From contig JBAZMD010000001.1 in NCBI GenBank assembly GCA_041649955.1, positions 68,079 through 132,078 of the forward strand: a stretch of 64,000 nt of DNA. Reading direction: 5' to 3'. The stretch comes from Patescibacteria group bacterium (GTDB taxonomy: Bacteria > Patescibacteriota > Patescibacteriia > UBA2591 > JAQUPP01). Each line of letters starts with the position of its first letter. Position 1 is the first letter of the stretch. The notes under the pieces are model-generated. The model searched no databases and was not told the DNA's origin. It was given only the letters and a program-made list of their open reading frames with translations. Shown one piece after another: positions 20,873 to 30,881 of the stretch. Position numbers and translations under genes: made by a program.

Positions 20873-21265
20873 TTATATCTCCGGTTTTACAACAATATAT
20901 TTGCCGATCTTATCCAAAATATCGGTCAAATGAACATTAGATTTAATCAAATAATCCACTGCCCCGAGCGCCTTGCCCTTGGCCACTTCTTTATCCTGTC
21001 CGAGATTTGAAAGAATAACCACCGGAATCGTACTGCCTACCGGGTCATATCTTAATTTTTCCAAAACCTCGAAACCGTTCAATTTCGGCATTGAGAGATC
21101 AAGTAAAATAAGATCCGGTTTTTCTTTAATAGCCAAATTAAGCGCTCGTTCGCCGTCTTCGGCTTGAACCACATTGTAACCGGCACTTTCAATCATGCTG
21201 GCTAAAATACCGCGCATGTCCGGTTCGTCTTCGGCAATTAAAATTTTTTTAATTGTTTCTGCCAT
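20873..21265 (-). CDS. stand-alone response regulator receiver domain
   Basis: 130 aa CheY-like: DD pair, phospho-acceptor D in LILLDLSMP, conserved K. Confidence 0.8.
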   Translation of the reverse strand: MAETIKKILIAEDEPDMRGILASMIESAGYNVVQAEDGERALNLAIKEKPDLILLDLSMPKLNGFEVLEKLRYDPVGSTIPVVILSNLGQDKEVAKGKALGAVDYLIKSNVHLTDILDKIGKYIVVKPEI

Positions 21266-21296
21266 AATTTAAAATTAATTAATTAATTAATATATT

Positions 21297-23756
21297 TTAT
21301 TTACTAATCGGCAAGGTGAAACAAAAAGTCGTGCCTTTATTTTCTTCGCTTTCAAACCAAATTTTTCCGCCGCTTACTTCCACTAACCCCTTGGCTAAAT
21401 AAAGTCCAAGACCGGTTCCCGGTTTTTGGCTAACATTATCAGCTCTGAAAAATCTGGAGAAAATTTTTTCTTGCTGGGATTTTGGTATACCCATACCCTG
21501 ATCGGAAGTTTGATAAAGTATTTCTTCTCCTTTTTGTTCAATTTTTATTTTTATTTCCGAATTATCCGGAGAATATTTAATGGCATTATCCAATAAAATA
21601 ATAATCACTTGGCGAATTTTCTCCTCGTCAATTTTAACTTTCGGTAAAAGAACTGGCGGTTTTTCCACATTTAATTTAATATTTTTCTTTTCCAAATACG
21701 GTTTATATTCGTCCAAAATAGAATTCACTAATTCTTCAATTTGTTTTTCTTCTGTTTTAAAAACCAATCTGCCTGCATCAAGCCGCGAAACATTAAGCAG
21801 ATCATTGACCAATTCCACCATCCTTTCGCTTCCGCGATGAATTCTCTCAACTTCTCCTTTTTCTTTGTCGTCTAATTTTTTACCAAGTGTTTGAAGCAAG
21901 GCTTCCGCCCCCCATTTAATAATAGTCGCCGGCGTTCTGAGCTGATGAGAAGCCAAAGAAATAAATTGAGATTTAAGTTTGTCAATTTCTCTCTCTCGAG
22001 TAATATCGCGCAATACTACCACTCCGCCGATAATTTGGCCATTTTCATCTTTCAAGGGCGCGGCTGAACTGGCAATCGGCACCTCTTTTCCGTCGCTGGT
22101 AAACAAAATAGATGGATCAATCAAATTGGTTAATTTTCCGCTTACTAAAGCTTGACTGATAAAATCTTTATTTTCCGTTTTATCTTCTTCTTTAAAAATT
22201 TTAAGAATTTGATCATAGGGCTTACCTAAACAATCTTTCTCCAGAAAACCCGTGATTCGCGTGATAGCCGGATTAATAAGAGCCAATCTTTTTTCCGAAT
22301 CAATCACAAAAACGCCGTCACCGATGCTGATTAAAATTGTTTCCAATCTGTTTTTTTCTTGTTCAATTTCCGCTTTGGCTATTCTCAATTCTTCGGTTCT
22401 TTCTTTTACTTTTTGTTCCAAAGTTTCATAATAAGCCCTCAATTTCAAAGTCATCTGATTAAAACTGTCGGCCAATTGTTCAATTTCGTCGCGGGTATTT
22501 ATTTTTATTTGATAAAATAAATTTCCTTTGCTGATTTCTTCCGCGCCTCTGGTTAATTTTTTAATCGGCGCGCTGATTGCTCTAGAACTGAAAAAAGCCA
22601 AAATAATCAAAATGATTGCCAAAACCAATAAAACAATAAAAATAAAATTTTTGGTATTTTGAGCGCTAGCAATTACCTCATTTACCGGAACCACTAATCC
22701 CAAACTCCAACCCGTATCTTTAATTGGATAATAAGCGATATATTTTTCTGATTGGTTGAATTTAATTGTTTCAATGCCGTTCTTGCCTTTAATCATGGAC
22801 ATTACCGCGTATTTCAAATCAGGATTGGAAGTTTCCAGCAAACTTGATTTTCTGATTTCGGAAATTCCCAATTGTTCGTCATTTATTCCCAAATCAGCCT
22901 GAGCTCGCACCGGCAAGCTTATTAATCTGGCTTCTTTGTCAATCATAAAAGCATAACCGGTTTTCCATAATTTAATGTCCAAAATGCGATTAGTGATATC
23001 TTCCAAAGTCAAATCAATGCCGGTTAACATTTTCATTTTATCATTTTGATAAACCGGGGCCAAAGCTGAAATCATCAAGCCATGACCGGTTACGTCAACG
23101 TATGGCGGCGTCCATTTGGCAAGTTTATTCGGATTGTTAATCTCGGTTAAATCATCCCAAAACGGAGCGGCTACGCCATCTTTATTGGCATCAGCCGGTA
23201 AAACATCCATGGCAAAACCGCCTTGATTATCAGGATTAGGATCGGAATTCGGATAAAAACGATACCAGCAATATTTATTGCCGATAATATAAATATTATC
23301 AGTATTCGGATTTTCATTTTTTATCGTCGGAAAAATAAAATCCAAATCAGCTGATAAATTCAAATCATTTTTTACTTGGTCATCAAGCGGACACCAATTA
23401 AAAACAATGACTGATGAAACTTCGTCGGCCGAATTTCCGTATTGCCCTTCCGGTCCTCTAAATAAACTGTCTGTTGACCAATAGTCCGGATGATAAAAAA
23501 GATCCGGGTTATTGAAAACATTGGTGGCAAAATCAGCCAAATTTTTGCTGGCCGAACTCACTTTTGATAATGATAAATTAATTTTATCAGCCTCGCTCTG
23601 TGAAAGACTTTTCAAGCGATTGGTGGCTTCATTCTCCAATTCTGTCGTTGTTTTGGAAATGGAAATAAAACCGATCAAAGCAATCGGCAATAAAGCAAAA
23701 AGGGTAAATATTAAAATCAATTTAATATTAAGCCCGAATTTAAACTTCTTTTTCAT
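21297..23756 (-). CDS. sensor histidine kinase (Cache-like periplasmic domain, HAMP, PAS, HisKA, HATPase_c)
   Basis: 819 aa; two TMs, H-box SHQLRTP, N/G1/G2 boxes. Confidence 0.85.
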   Translation of the reverse strand: MKKKFKFGLNIKLILIFTLFALLPIALIGFISISKTTTELENEATNRLKSLSQSEADKINLSLSKVSSASKNLADFATNVFNNPDLFYHPDYWSTDSLFRGPEGQYGNSADEVSSVIVFNWCPLDDQVKNDLNLSADLDFIFPTIKNENPNTDNIYIIGNKYCWYRFYPNSDPNPDNQGGFAMDVLPADANKDGVAAPFWDDLTEINNPNKLAKWTPPYVDVTGHGLMISALAPVYQNDKMKMLTGIDLTLEDITNRILDIKLWKTGYAFMIDKEARLISLPVRAQADLGINDEQLGISEIRKSSLLETSNPDLKYAVMSMIKGKNGIETIKFNQSEKYIAYYPIKDTGWSLGLVVPVNEVIASAQNTKNFIFIVLLVLAIILIILAFFSSRAISAPIKKLTRGAEEISKGNLFYQIKINTRDEIEQLADSFNQMTLKLRAYYETLEQKVKERTEELRIAKAEIEQEKNRLETILISIGDGVFVIDSEKRLALINPAITRITGFLEKDCLGKPYDQILKIFKEEDKTENKDFISQALVSGKLTNLIDPSILFTSDGKEVPIASSAAPLKDENGQIIGGVVVLRDITREREIDKLKSQFISLASHQLRTPATIIKWGAEALLQTLGKKLDDKEKGEVERIHRGSERMVELVNDLLNVSRLDAGRLVFKTEEKQIEELVNSILDEYKPYLEKKNIKLNVEKPPVLLPKVKIDEEKIRQVIIILLDNAIKYSPDNSEIKIKIEQKGEEILYQTSDQGMGIPKSQQEKIFSRFFRADNVSQKPGTGLGLYLAKGLVEVSGGKIWFESEENKGTTFCFTLPISK

Positions 23757-23789
23757 GCTTTAATTATACAATAATTCGGATAAAATAAA

Positions 23790-23825
23790 AGGCCTGCTTT
23801 GATAACTTCTCAAAGCAGGCTCTAA
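23790..23825 (-). terminator. rho-independent terminator after PLP-enzyme gene
   Basis: agcctgctttgaGAAGTTatcaaagcaggc hairpin followed by T-run on minus strand. Confidence 0.55.
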
Positions 23826-23838
23826 AAATGTAAATTCC

Positions 23839-25290
23839 TTATTTCACCGTCTCAATCACATCCAAAATCTTTTCCAATTCTTCTGGAGATTCATTGCCTC
23901 CGGCAATACGAATCATATCGCCAAAAACACCAACTCGGGTTTTTTCAAAAGCGAAACTGCCGCCGTATTCAACTAATCCTTTTAAACCGCCTTTTTCCAG
24001 CTTGTCCGCTGTTTCCCAAGCATTTTCACATTGGATGTAAAAAACAGCTGTCGCTCCATCGGGTAAATTCTTTTCCGTGTATTCATAATTGGGATGAGTC
24101 GGTAAATTGGGATGAGAAACAGCTGTAATTCCCATTCTTCCGATTGCTTTGGAGAAGCCCTGAGCTAAAATTTTGGTATTACTAAGGATTTGCTTATTGC
24201 GGATATTAAATTCTTTTTTGGTCGTTTCCGGCAAACGCGCTTCTGAACTTTTTGGCGGATATGTACCTTCTCTCATTCTCTCAATTTCAAGCTCAAGTAA
24301 TTTGTTAGGATCATTGCTATATGCCACACCTATTGTCGTCTTGTCTTTGGCAAAAAATTTAGTTCCCGAATCAACGACTAAAACCGACGCTTTAGTTTTT
24401 TTAATTTCTTGAGGCAAATTAAGATTTGTTTCAGTTGGCAAAGTATTATCCAAAATTAGAGTCATCGGCATTTCCCTTTTAGCCAGCCAAACCGTATCAA
24501 ATAAAGACTTTAATTCCAAAAGTGCACCTCGACGATCCTCGCTAATCATAATTGCCTCTTCTTCTAAATCCCGCAGTAAATCCTTTAGCGGCATATAACT
24601 TTGTTCTTTATTAATTTTTCGAGCAGTTCCCTCAAATTCTTTGACTAAATTTTCTAATTTGGCTTTTTGCTCAGGGCTATATTTTTCGCCTCGTCCAGCT
24701 CCTTCCCAATCGCCGGCTGTCAGCCAGTCACGAATCCAATCTTTATGAAACAATTGTTTCTCAATCAAGGTTGGCAGATTTAAATCTTTTTGATATTTTT
24801 CATTCATCTCTTCTGTTTTTTCAAAAAGATTTTTCAAATCAACCACCGGCATATCCTGAGCATTACCGACTGTTTCGGTAAAAATCGCTTTCGGACGATA
24901 CTGGTCAATCAATTTGTTCAGTTCGTCTTTTTCTCCGCTTTTAATCGGAATACATTTGACGCCGCGAATCATCAAATCTTTTTCAATAAAATTTTTTGAT
25001 TCGCCATAAGTTGAAGGACTGTAAAGTAAAACATCACCTTTGGTCAAATGCAAACTTTCTATGGCGCCATTAACTGCCGCCATACCGTCATTATAAAGTA
25101 AAACCTTGTCTGCACCAATTTCTTGGGCAACCTTCATCTGGCGTTCTCTTAAAGCGGGATAATCATAACGGGCATAAATCTCTACCGGTTCACCTTTTCC
25201 ATATTTTTCAAAAGCATCCTTCCACTCACCAAGGGTTTCATAAGTACCGGTAACGTCTAAATTTTTTTCACCAAATTTTTCTCTTTCCAT
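23839..25290 (-). CDS. PLP-dependent enzyme of the Cys/Met-metabolism (gamma-family) fold with ~110-aa insertion
   Basis: 483 aa; DSGTKFF (SxTK PLP-lysine motif), N-terminal aminotransferase-like region. Confidence 0.5.
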   Translation of the reverse strand: MEREKFGEKNLDVTGTYETLGEWKDAFEKYGKGEPVEIYARYDYPALRERQMKVAQEIGADKVLLYNDGMAAVNGAIESLHLTKGDVLLYSPSTYGESKNFIEKDLMIRGVKCIPIKSGEKDELNKLIDQYRPKAIFTETVGNAQDMPVVDLKNLFEKTEEMNEKYQKDLNLPTLIEKQLFHKDWIRDWLTAGDWEGAGRGEKYSPEQKAKLENLVKEFEGTARKINKEQSYMPLKDLLRDLEEEAIMISEDRRGALLELKSLFDTVWLAKREMPMTLILDNTLPTETNLNLPQEIKKTKASVLVVDSGTKFFAKDKTTIGVAYSNDPNKLLELEIERMREGTYPPKSSEARLPETTKKEFNIRNKQILSNTKILAQGFSKAIGRMGITAVSHPNLPTHPNYEYTEKNLPDGATAVFYIQCENAWETADKLEKGGLKGLVEYGGSFAFEKTRVGVFGDMIRIAGGNESPEELEKILDVIETVK

Positions 25291-25343
25291 AATTTTTTCC
25301 TCCTTTTTTTCCCATTATATAATGGGCTAACCTTTATAATTAA

Positions 25344-25378
25344 ATAATAGCAAAAATTTTGATTTTTGTCAATCCCCT
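25344..25378 (-). promoter_or_regulatory. stereotyped promoter GGGGATTGACAAAAATCAAAATTTTTGCTATTAT (read on minus)
   Basis: TTGACA-17-TGcTATTAT; one of >12 near-identical promoters. Confidence 0.55.
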
Positions 25379-26237
25379 ATTTTTGTTCTTCTTGCTTCCT
25401 AGATTGTACAATTATAGCTTTTTCTACTAGTTCAATATCATTAGGAAGTTTCTTCGCTTCAAAGTCGCCATTATTATCTTGTGAACTAATTTTTTCATAA
25501 AGTAACTTTAATCTATTTTGTTTTTCATCAGTAAGATTCCAACCTTTTTTGAAATCTTCCGTAGATAAAGGGATGTCATATCTGTATAAAATTTCGTTTT
25601 TAATAAAACCGGCATTTTTTAATAATTCTAATAAGGCTTGTTCATCTGTGATAAATTTTTCAACTGCTACTTTTTCTGCAATAATCTTTTCCCTTTCTGT
25701 ATAAAGATAATTAGTCATTTGATTATTTCGAACGGCCGGTGAAACTAAAGCGGATAAAATAAGCTTGCCATCATTTTTTAAAACCCTATTCACTTCTGAT
25801 AGAGCTTTTATCTGTAAGGGTTTTGGAAGATAATCTAAAACCTGTTTTATGGTAATTATGTCGACTGATTTATCATTCAGGGGAATGTCAATAATATCCC
25901 CTGGAAGTTTATCATAACCCTTTTTATCAGGAATCTCATTAAGCATGTCTAGATTCCTGTCAATAAAAATTGTTTTAATGTTAATTCCTTTGTCTTTTAA
26001 TTTCTTCTCAAATTCTTTATTAAAAAAATCCCCGCATATTCCGGGACCGCAACCAATATCAGCTAAAATAATTTCTTTTTTCTTAGCTATTTCTTCAAGA
26101 TCTAAACCGCGAAACATATTCTCTAATACGTCTTCTCTGGCCTGATAACCACGCAAGGATTCTCTATAATTTTTTATCCTCCAAGTATCTCTTGAAACAA
26201 TGTCGCCAGTTGAAACTCCTTTTTCAATATTTGTCAT
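25377..26237 (-). CDS. class I SAM-dependent methyltransferase
   Basis: 286 aa; motif I ILADIGCGPG, post-II LKNDGKLIL. Confidence 0.7.
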   Translation of the reverse strand: MTNIEKGVSTGDIVSRDTWRIKNYRESLRGYQAREDVLENMFRGLDLEEIAKKKEIILADIGCGPGICGDFFNKEFEKKLKDKGINIKTIFIDRNLDMLNEIPDKKGYDKLPGDIIDIPLNDKSVDIITIKQVLDYLPKPLQIKALSEVNRVLKNDGKLILSALVSPAVRNNQMTNYLYTEREKIIAEKVAVEKFITDEQALLELLKNAGFIKNEILYRYDIPLSTEDFKKGWNLTDEKQNRLKLLYEKISSQDNNGDFEAKKLPNDIELVEKAIIVQSRKQEEQK

Positions 26238-26266
26238 AATTTTGATTATATTTAAAAAAAATTAAG

Positions 26267-26614
26267 CTATTTTGAACCGGAATTTAATAAATTTTCAATT
26301 ATAGATAATTTATCTCCTGAAATATTCTTTAAAATTTTTGAGAAATAGTCAGTAGTAACATCATTTGTAACTTTTTTAGTTATGGCTTTAATTTCTTTTT
26401 CAGAATAATTTTCTTTAAGAAAATTATCTATTTCTTCATAGTTGAAATTTCCGTCCTTTGATTTATAACCTTTTTCTGTTAATGCTTCAACAATAATATT
26501 GGTTGATATTAAATCTCCCAATTTCTTTACGCTATTATTAATTTCGCTTTCCGAAAATTCAAGCACATTAAGAATTTTATAAATCTTTTCAATTTCTTCA
26601 GCGGCTATATTCAT
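26267..26614 (-). CDS. hypothetical protein
   Basis: 115-aa ORF, operon-like spacing. Confidence 0.4.
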   Translation of the reverse strand: MNIAAEEIEKIYKILNVLEFSESEINNSVKKLGDLISTNIIVEALTEKGYKSKDGNFNYEEIDNFLKENYSEKEIKAITKKVTNDVTTDYFSKILKNISGDKLSIIENLLNSGSK

Positions 26615-26639
26615 ATATTTGTAATGACTAAAAAATTTA

Positions 26640-27065
26640 TTATATTTTTTTTGATTTTTCCATTTTAATTTCTCTGTCCAATTTGATACGTTGAATTGCG
26701 CTCTTTATCCCCTCTGAAAAAATGAGTATTCCCATTCCTGTAACGGATATAGCAAGGGTTTCTGCTGCATGAATTTCCCCTCTTGTTAATGCTTGTCCCA
26801 TAATATTTATCATTTGTTCCTGATTTAAAAATGCTATTCTGGACATTTCTAAACCAGCAAGCGTACTAAGGGTTCCGAAAAATTTAGCAGCCGTATCTTC
26901 CAATTCATGAGGTCTGAGAATATTTAAAACATTTTTTATTTTATCAAAGACAGATTTTTGTTTTTCTTCAAAAAAATCCTTACTTAATTTTTCTGGATTT
27001 TTTTCTTGATCTATTTGTTGTTCCGGAGTTAGTATCTCTTCTGGAATTGGTTTTTCTCCGTTCAT
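26640..27065 (-). CDS. hypothetical protein
   Basis: 141-aa ORF preceded by consensus promoter at 27126-27153. Confidence 0.4.
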   Translation of the reverse strand: MNGEKPIPEEILTPEQQIDQEKNPEKLSKDFFEEKQKSVFDKIKNVLNILRPHELEDTAAKFFGTLSTLAGLEMSRIAFLNQEQMINIMGQALTRGEIHAAETLAISVTGMGILIFSEGIKSAIQRIKLDREIKMEKSKKI

Positions 27066-27196
27066 ATATTTACCTCATTAAGATTGTTTTTAAACAATCT
27101 TTTAATTGATTATTTATCTATTTTCAGAATAGCATATTTTAAGGAATTTGTCAATTAACCGTTCAGTTAACGCTAAGGAATGACAATTTCAACTGT

Positions 27197-28054
27197 CTAC
27201 TTTTTAATCTTTAAAATATAAATTGGCATAAATTCCGTATAAGTCCAACGAGGAGCTTCTACAATTGCTTTAATGGCAAAATATTTTTTAAGCATATTCT
27301 CAAATTCTTTTTTAAAAAAAGTAATATGAATGATTTTACCACCGTGTTTCTCTATATTGTGTATTTTCCAAACATCTTCTTTTCTAAGTTTTATTTCCCC
27401 TTTTTCCAAGGCAGGATTAAAAAGATCAAACATTTTTTTCACAGACCATTCTTTCGTTTTTTCGTTGTATATTTTTTTCTTCCATTTTGTATAGTATCCT
27501 AGGGCAAACCAAAACATAAGCCAAGTGGTTTTTTTCTGATTATATTGTTTTTGAAAATAAGAAAAATTTTCTTGCGGTTTCTCCGGCAAATAAATAAAAT
27601 TGCGCGTAATAAAATATCCATCGGGTTTTAAAAGTTTGTTGATGTTTTTTAATAATTCAGGATGAAGTTTAACCGGTATATTATTAAGAGAAGCATCAGC
27701 AAGTACTGCGTCAAAACAATGCTCCGGCAAAAATTGTACCATTTTTAACCAATCGCATCTCATCATTAAATTCTTATCATCGTCTCTAAATTTCATTGTT
27801 TGATACATTGATTCAATGACATTAAAACTTATATCAATTGCTAAAGTTTCGCAGCCCAAACCAATGGCCATGTCTCTTAATTCCGGCGTAGCGCCCAAAA
27901 CTAAAACACGCGGATCCTTTTTTCCCTTAATGGCTAATTTCAAATATTTTTTATAAATATCTAATTCTTCTTTTATCGGCGCTGAAGACCCTTCCCGCTT
28001 AGCGCGGGAAGAAGCTACTTTTTTTATATCCCAACGTGACAATATTGTTTTCAT
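27197..28054 (-). CDS. SAM-dependent methyltransferase, paralog of 38786-39673 and 39646-40479
   Basis: 285 aa; VLVLGATPELRD...LKPDGYF; C-terminal KYFAIKA motif shared with the two paralogs. Confidence 0.6.
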   Translation of the reverse strand: MKTILSRWDIKKVASSRAKREGSSAPIKEELDIYKKYLKLAIKGKKDPRVLVLGATPELRDMAIGLGCETLAIDISFNVIESMYQTMKFRDDDKNLMMRCDWLKMVQFLPEHCFDAVLADASLNNIPVKLHPELLKNINKLLKPDGYFITRNFIYLPEKPQENFSYFQKQYNQKKTTWLMFWFALGYYTKWKKKIYNEKTKEWSVKKMFDLFNPALEKGEIKLRKEDVWKIHNIEKHGGKIIHITFFKKEFENMLKKYFAIKAIVEAPRWTYTEFMPIYILKIKK

Positions 28055-28196
28055 ATTATTATTTATTATTTTAAACTTTTTTAGTCTTTAATTTAAAAAT
28101 AGCAAAATTTAGTCTTTTGTCAATGATAAAAATGTAAAAAAAAGAGGCCAGATGTTTCCAATGTTGAAAAACACCTGGCCTGGCAAGGGTTAATTT

Positions 28197-28433
28197 TTAA
28201 GCCCATCTTATTGTGGATCCAATTCTGAATCCACATTCTTCCGCTACTGCAGTCGCCTTTTGAAACTCTTCGTTAAATTTTTGTGCTTGAACAAGATCCT
28301 GATTATCACATGCATTCCGAACTTTAAGAGCCATTTCTTTTAATTTCTGTATAACTCTTCCACTGGCACTATTCTGAGGCCAAATTCCAAAGACGGAATG
28401 AAAATTCTTTATATTTAAATAAATTTTTTTCAT
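28197..28433 (-). CDS. hypothetical small protein
   Basis: 78-aa ORF directly downstream of stereotyped promoter at 28540-28574. Confidence 0.4.
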   Translation of the reverse strand: MKKIYLNIKNFHSVFGIWPQNSASGRVIQKLKEMALKVRNACDNQDLVQAQKFNEEFQKATAVAEECGFRIGSTIRWA

Positions 28434-28539
28434 CTTTCCTCCTTTTTCCCTTGTTTTTCAAGGGAATTTCTGAAAAATTTGATTTCTTGTTTTTAAACCC
28501 TTGTTATTAAATTACAAAGAACTTTATCTTTTATGTTAA

Positions 28540-28574
28540 AATAATAGCATATTTTTTGATTTTTGTCAACCCCT
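28540..28574 (-). promoter_or_regulatory. stereotyped promoter GGGGTTGACAAAAATCAAAAAATATGCTATTAT
   Basis: perfect -35, 17-nt A-rich spacer, TGn-extended -10. Confidence 0.6.
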
Positions 28575-28639
28575 TTATTAAAAATTCAAAAAGGCGAGAA
28601 TTAATCTCGCCTTTTTGCTTATCTAAAACCCTATATAAT

Positions 28640-30037
28640 CTATTGAGTTTTTTCTTCGTCTGTAGTCGAATCGGTGTTTTGAGTACCGAATTTCTTATCC
28701 ATTAATTGATTGAGTTTGTCTATCTTTGATTGAATAGTAGGATCTATGTTTGTTCTGTTTTTAGTGGCATAATTCATCACTTTGTTTAATTCATTACGGA
28801 CATCATTGATACTCTGGCAAGCGTCTCTGTAACCTTGATTTTCAACAGATTCAATAATCGGATCAATAATCTCTTGAATGGATTGTTTTATTTCCGGATC
28901 TTTCACTCTTAAAAGTTGTTTACTGATATCTTTAAAAGAAGTTACCACGCAATAAATATCACCCGGGTGCATACCTTCGCGCATTGGCGTTAAAGCTTCC
29001 ATTGCATCTTCTATTTCACCGGCTTGATATTTAGTATTGGCTTCAGTTAAAGCGGTTCTTACCTCAACAACATCGGCTTTAATTTTTTCCATATCCAAAC
29101 CTATTTTCTGATAATTTTTATTGACAACCAACTTCTCCGTTTTTTTAAGCTGAGTTTCTATTTGTTTGGTTTCTTTCGGAAATTCAACTTTCATTCTTAT
29201 TTCATTAAGAGTTTCCCAAAGTTGAGCGTCATAAAATTCTTGCATTGCTTCACGTTGAGTCATATCTGTCGGCGGAGTTTTAATATTTTGAGCAAAGATG
29301 TCTAATTGACTATTAATTTCTTGTAATTTAGCTCCTTCTTCGGATAAATTCGGTAATTTTTTCAAAGCAGTGGTTAAAGTTTTAATCTGCTTTTTCATGT
29401 CTTTTATCTGTTTGGTTACTCCTTTAATTTCTTGAGGGTCTACAAAATCGTTTTGATCTTGTCCTTCTTCATTCTGATCCTGATTCTGATTTACCTGAAC
29501 CTGTTTTGGTTGAGTTTGATTTGGTTTAATTTGATTTGATTGAGTGTTGTTCATCGGTTGAGGCATTTGTTGATTTTGCATCGGTTGTCCGGGTTGAGAT
29601 GTCTGTTGGCCTTCGCCTCCTGAAGTTGTTTGTCCGGGTTGTCCTGGCTGATTGATAATTATTTTCTGGCCTTGATTTTGTCCTTGATTCATTGGCTGAT
29701 TCGGCTGATTTCCATTTTGATTAAAATTCATTCCCGGCTGTTGGGTACCATTCATTGGTTGACTTTGCATTGGTTGTCCAGGCTGAAAATTTTGCTGATT
29801 GTTTGGTTGATTATTGGGTATTTGTTGGCCTTCATTTCCTTGCAAAATTTGTCCTTGCTGATTTTGCATTGGTTGATTAATAATTGTTTTCTGCTCCTGA
29901 TTTATCGGGGGCAAGGGTGATAAAATCTCAGCATTTTGAGCAATAGTCCGGCTAATTAAAACCGCGCCCGCGGCTATAGAAGCCAAACCGATCGCTAAAG
30001 GAATTTGAATAAAAGCTTTTTTGTTGTTGATTTGCAT
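28640..30037 (-). CDS. secreted/membrane-anchored protein with Gln/Pro/Asn-rich low-complexity region and C-terminal coiled coil
   Basis: Likely start MQINNKKAF... (the longer ORF-track N-terminus would overlap mpg); signal-anchor then Q/P/N-rich repeats. Confidence 0.5.
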   Translation of the reverse strand: MQINNKKAFIQIPLAIGLASIAAGAVLISRTIAQNAEILSPLPPINQEQKTIINQPMQNQQGQILQGNEGQQIPNNQPNNQQNFQPGQPMQSQPMNGTQQPGMNFNQNGNQPNQPMNQGQNQGQKIIINQPGQPGQTTSGGEGQQTSQPGQPMQNQQMPQPMNNTQSNQIKPNQTQPKQVQVNQNQDQNEEGQDQNDFVDPQEIKGVTKQIKDMKKQIKTLTTALKKLPNLSEEGAKLQEINSQLDIFAQNIKTPPTDMTQREAMQEFYDAQLWETLNEIRMKVEFPKETKQIETQLKKTEKLVVNKNYQKIGLDMEKIKADVVEVRTALTEANTKYQAGEIEDAMEALTPMREGMHPGDIYCVVTSFKDISKQLLRVKDPEIKQSIQEIIDPIIESVENQGYRDACQSINDVRNELNKVMNYATKNRTNIDPTIQSKIDKLNQLMDKKFGTQNTDSTTDEEKTQ

Positions 30038-30125
30038 AAATTTATTATTATTTAATATATTTAGAAACCTTTCTATATTTAATAGTAACCCAAAACAAAA
30101 CATTTGACAAGTGGATAAGGGTGGG

Positions 30126-30668
30126 CTAATTTTTAAGCGAAAATCTCCATTTTTTGTTTGCCCAATAAGGTCCGGCATAATCAATCCCAACTCTCTTAGT
30201 CGCAAAAATGCGGGATTTATTTATTTTTTCTCCTCTGTCTTCCAACCAAAATCTTTTGCTTTCAATAACATCTTCGCCGTAAAATGATTTGTCCAATTTT
30301 AAATATCTACAAAGTTTTCCCGGCCCGGAAGTTAAATTTTTTTCTTTAGAAGCTAGAGCGCGAATTAAAACGCATTCCGGCTTGCCTGATTTAGAAGTAG
30401 TGATATTCAATTGCCAATACATGCCATAAACCAAATAAATATAAATATGCCCGCCCTTGAAATATTCAGCAATATTTCGAGAAGTCATTCGATTGTTATA
30501 AGCATGGCAAGCTCTGTCTTTTGGGCCGACATAAGCTTCTGTTTCAATAATTTTTCCTTCTAATTTTTTATTGCCGATTTTTCTGACAATATATTTCCCC
30601 AATAATTCCTTGGCTACTTTTAAAGTCGGCCGAGTATAAAAATTTCTGGTTAATTTTTTTATTTTCAT
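30126..30668 (-). CDS. mpg: DNA-3-methyladenine glycosylase (Mpg/AAG family)
   Basis: 180 aa; ETEAYVGPKDRACHAY and GHIYIYLVYGMYW are Mpg signatures. Confidence 0.8.
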   Translation of the reverse strand: MKIKKLTRNFYTRPTLKVAKELLGKYIVRKIGNKKLEGKIIETEAYVGPKDRACHAYNNRMTSRNIAEYFKGGHIYIYLVYGMYWQLNITTSKSGKPECVLIRALASKEKNLTSGPGKLCRYLKLDKSFYGEDVIESKRFWLEDRGEKINKSRIFATKRVGIDYAGPYWANKKWRFSLKN

Positions 30669-30823
30669 CCCTCACCCTTCGACGATAATATTCGCCCTCG
30701 TATTTTCCAATTGCCTTTTATAAAATAAAAATAAATTTTCTTGAATCCAGATTAAACTGAATAAATTAGTAAAGACAGGCTCGTATTTGGAAAATAACAT
30801 CGTCGAAGGGTGAGGGATAAACT

Positions 30824-30858
30824 AAAGCCCTAGCTTTTTAATTAAGCTAGGGCTTTAA
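30824..30858 (-). terminator. perfect hairpin aaagccctagc-N12-gctagggcttt, terminator of giant gene 30882-37808
   Basis: 11-bp GC-rich stem with flanking T/A runs. Confidence 0.55.
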
Positions 30859-30881
30859 AATTAATATCCTATTCTAACAAT

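Noticed and set aside
30038-30205. N-terminal extension of ORF 28640-30205 overlapping the mpg 3' end
   Set aside because: The hydrophobic signal-anchor begins at the internal Met (MQINNKKAF...); the extension would overlap mpg by 80 nt in another frame.
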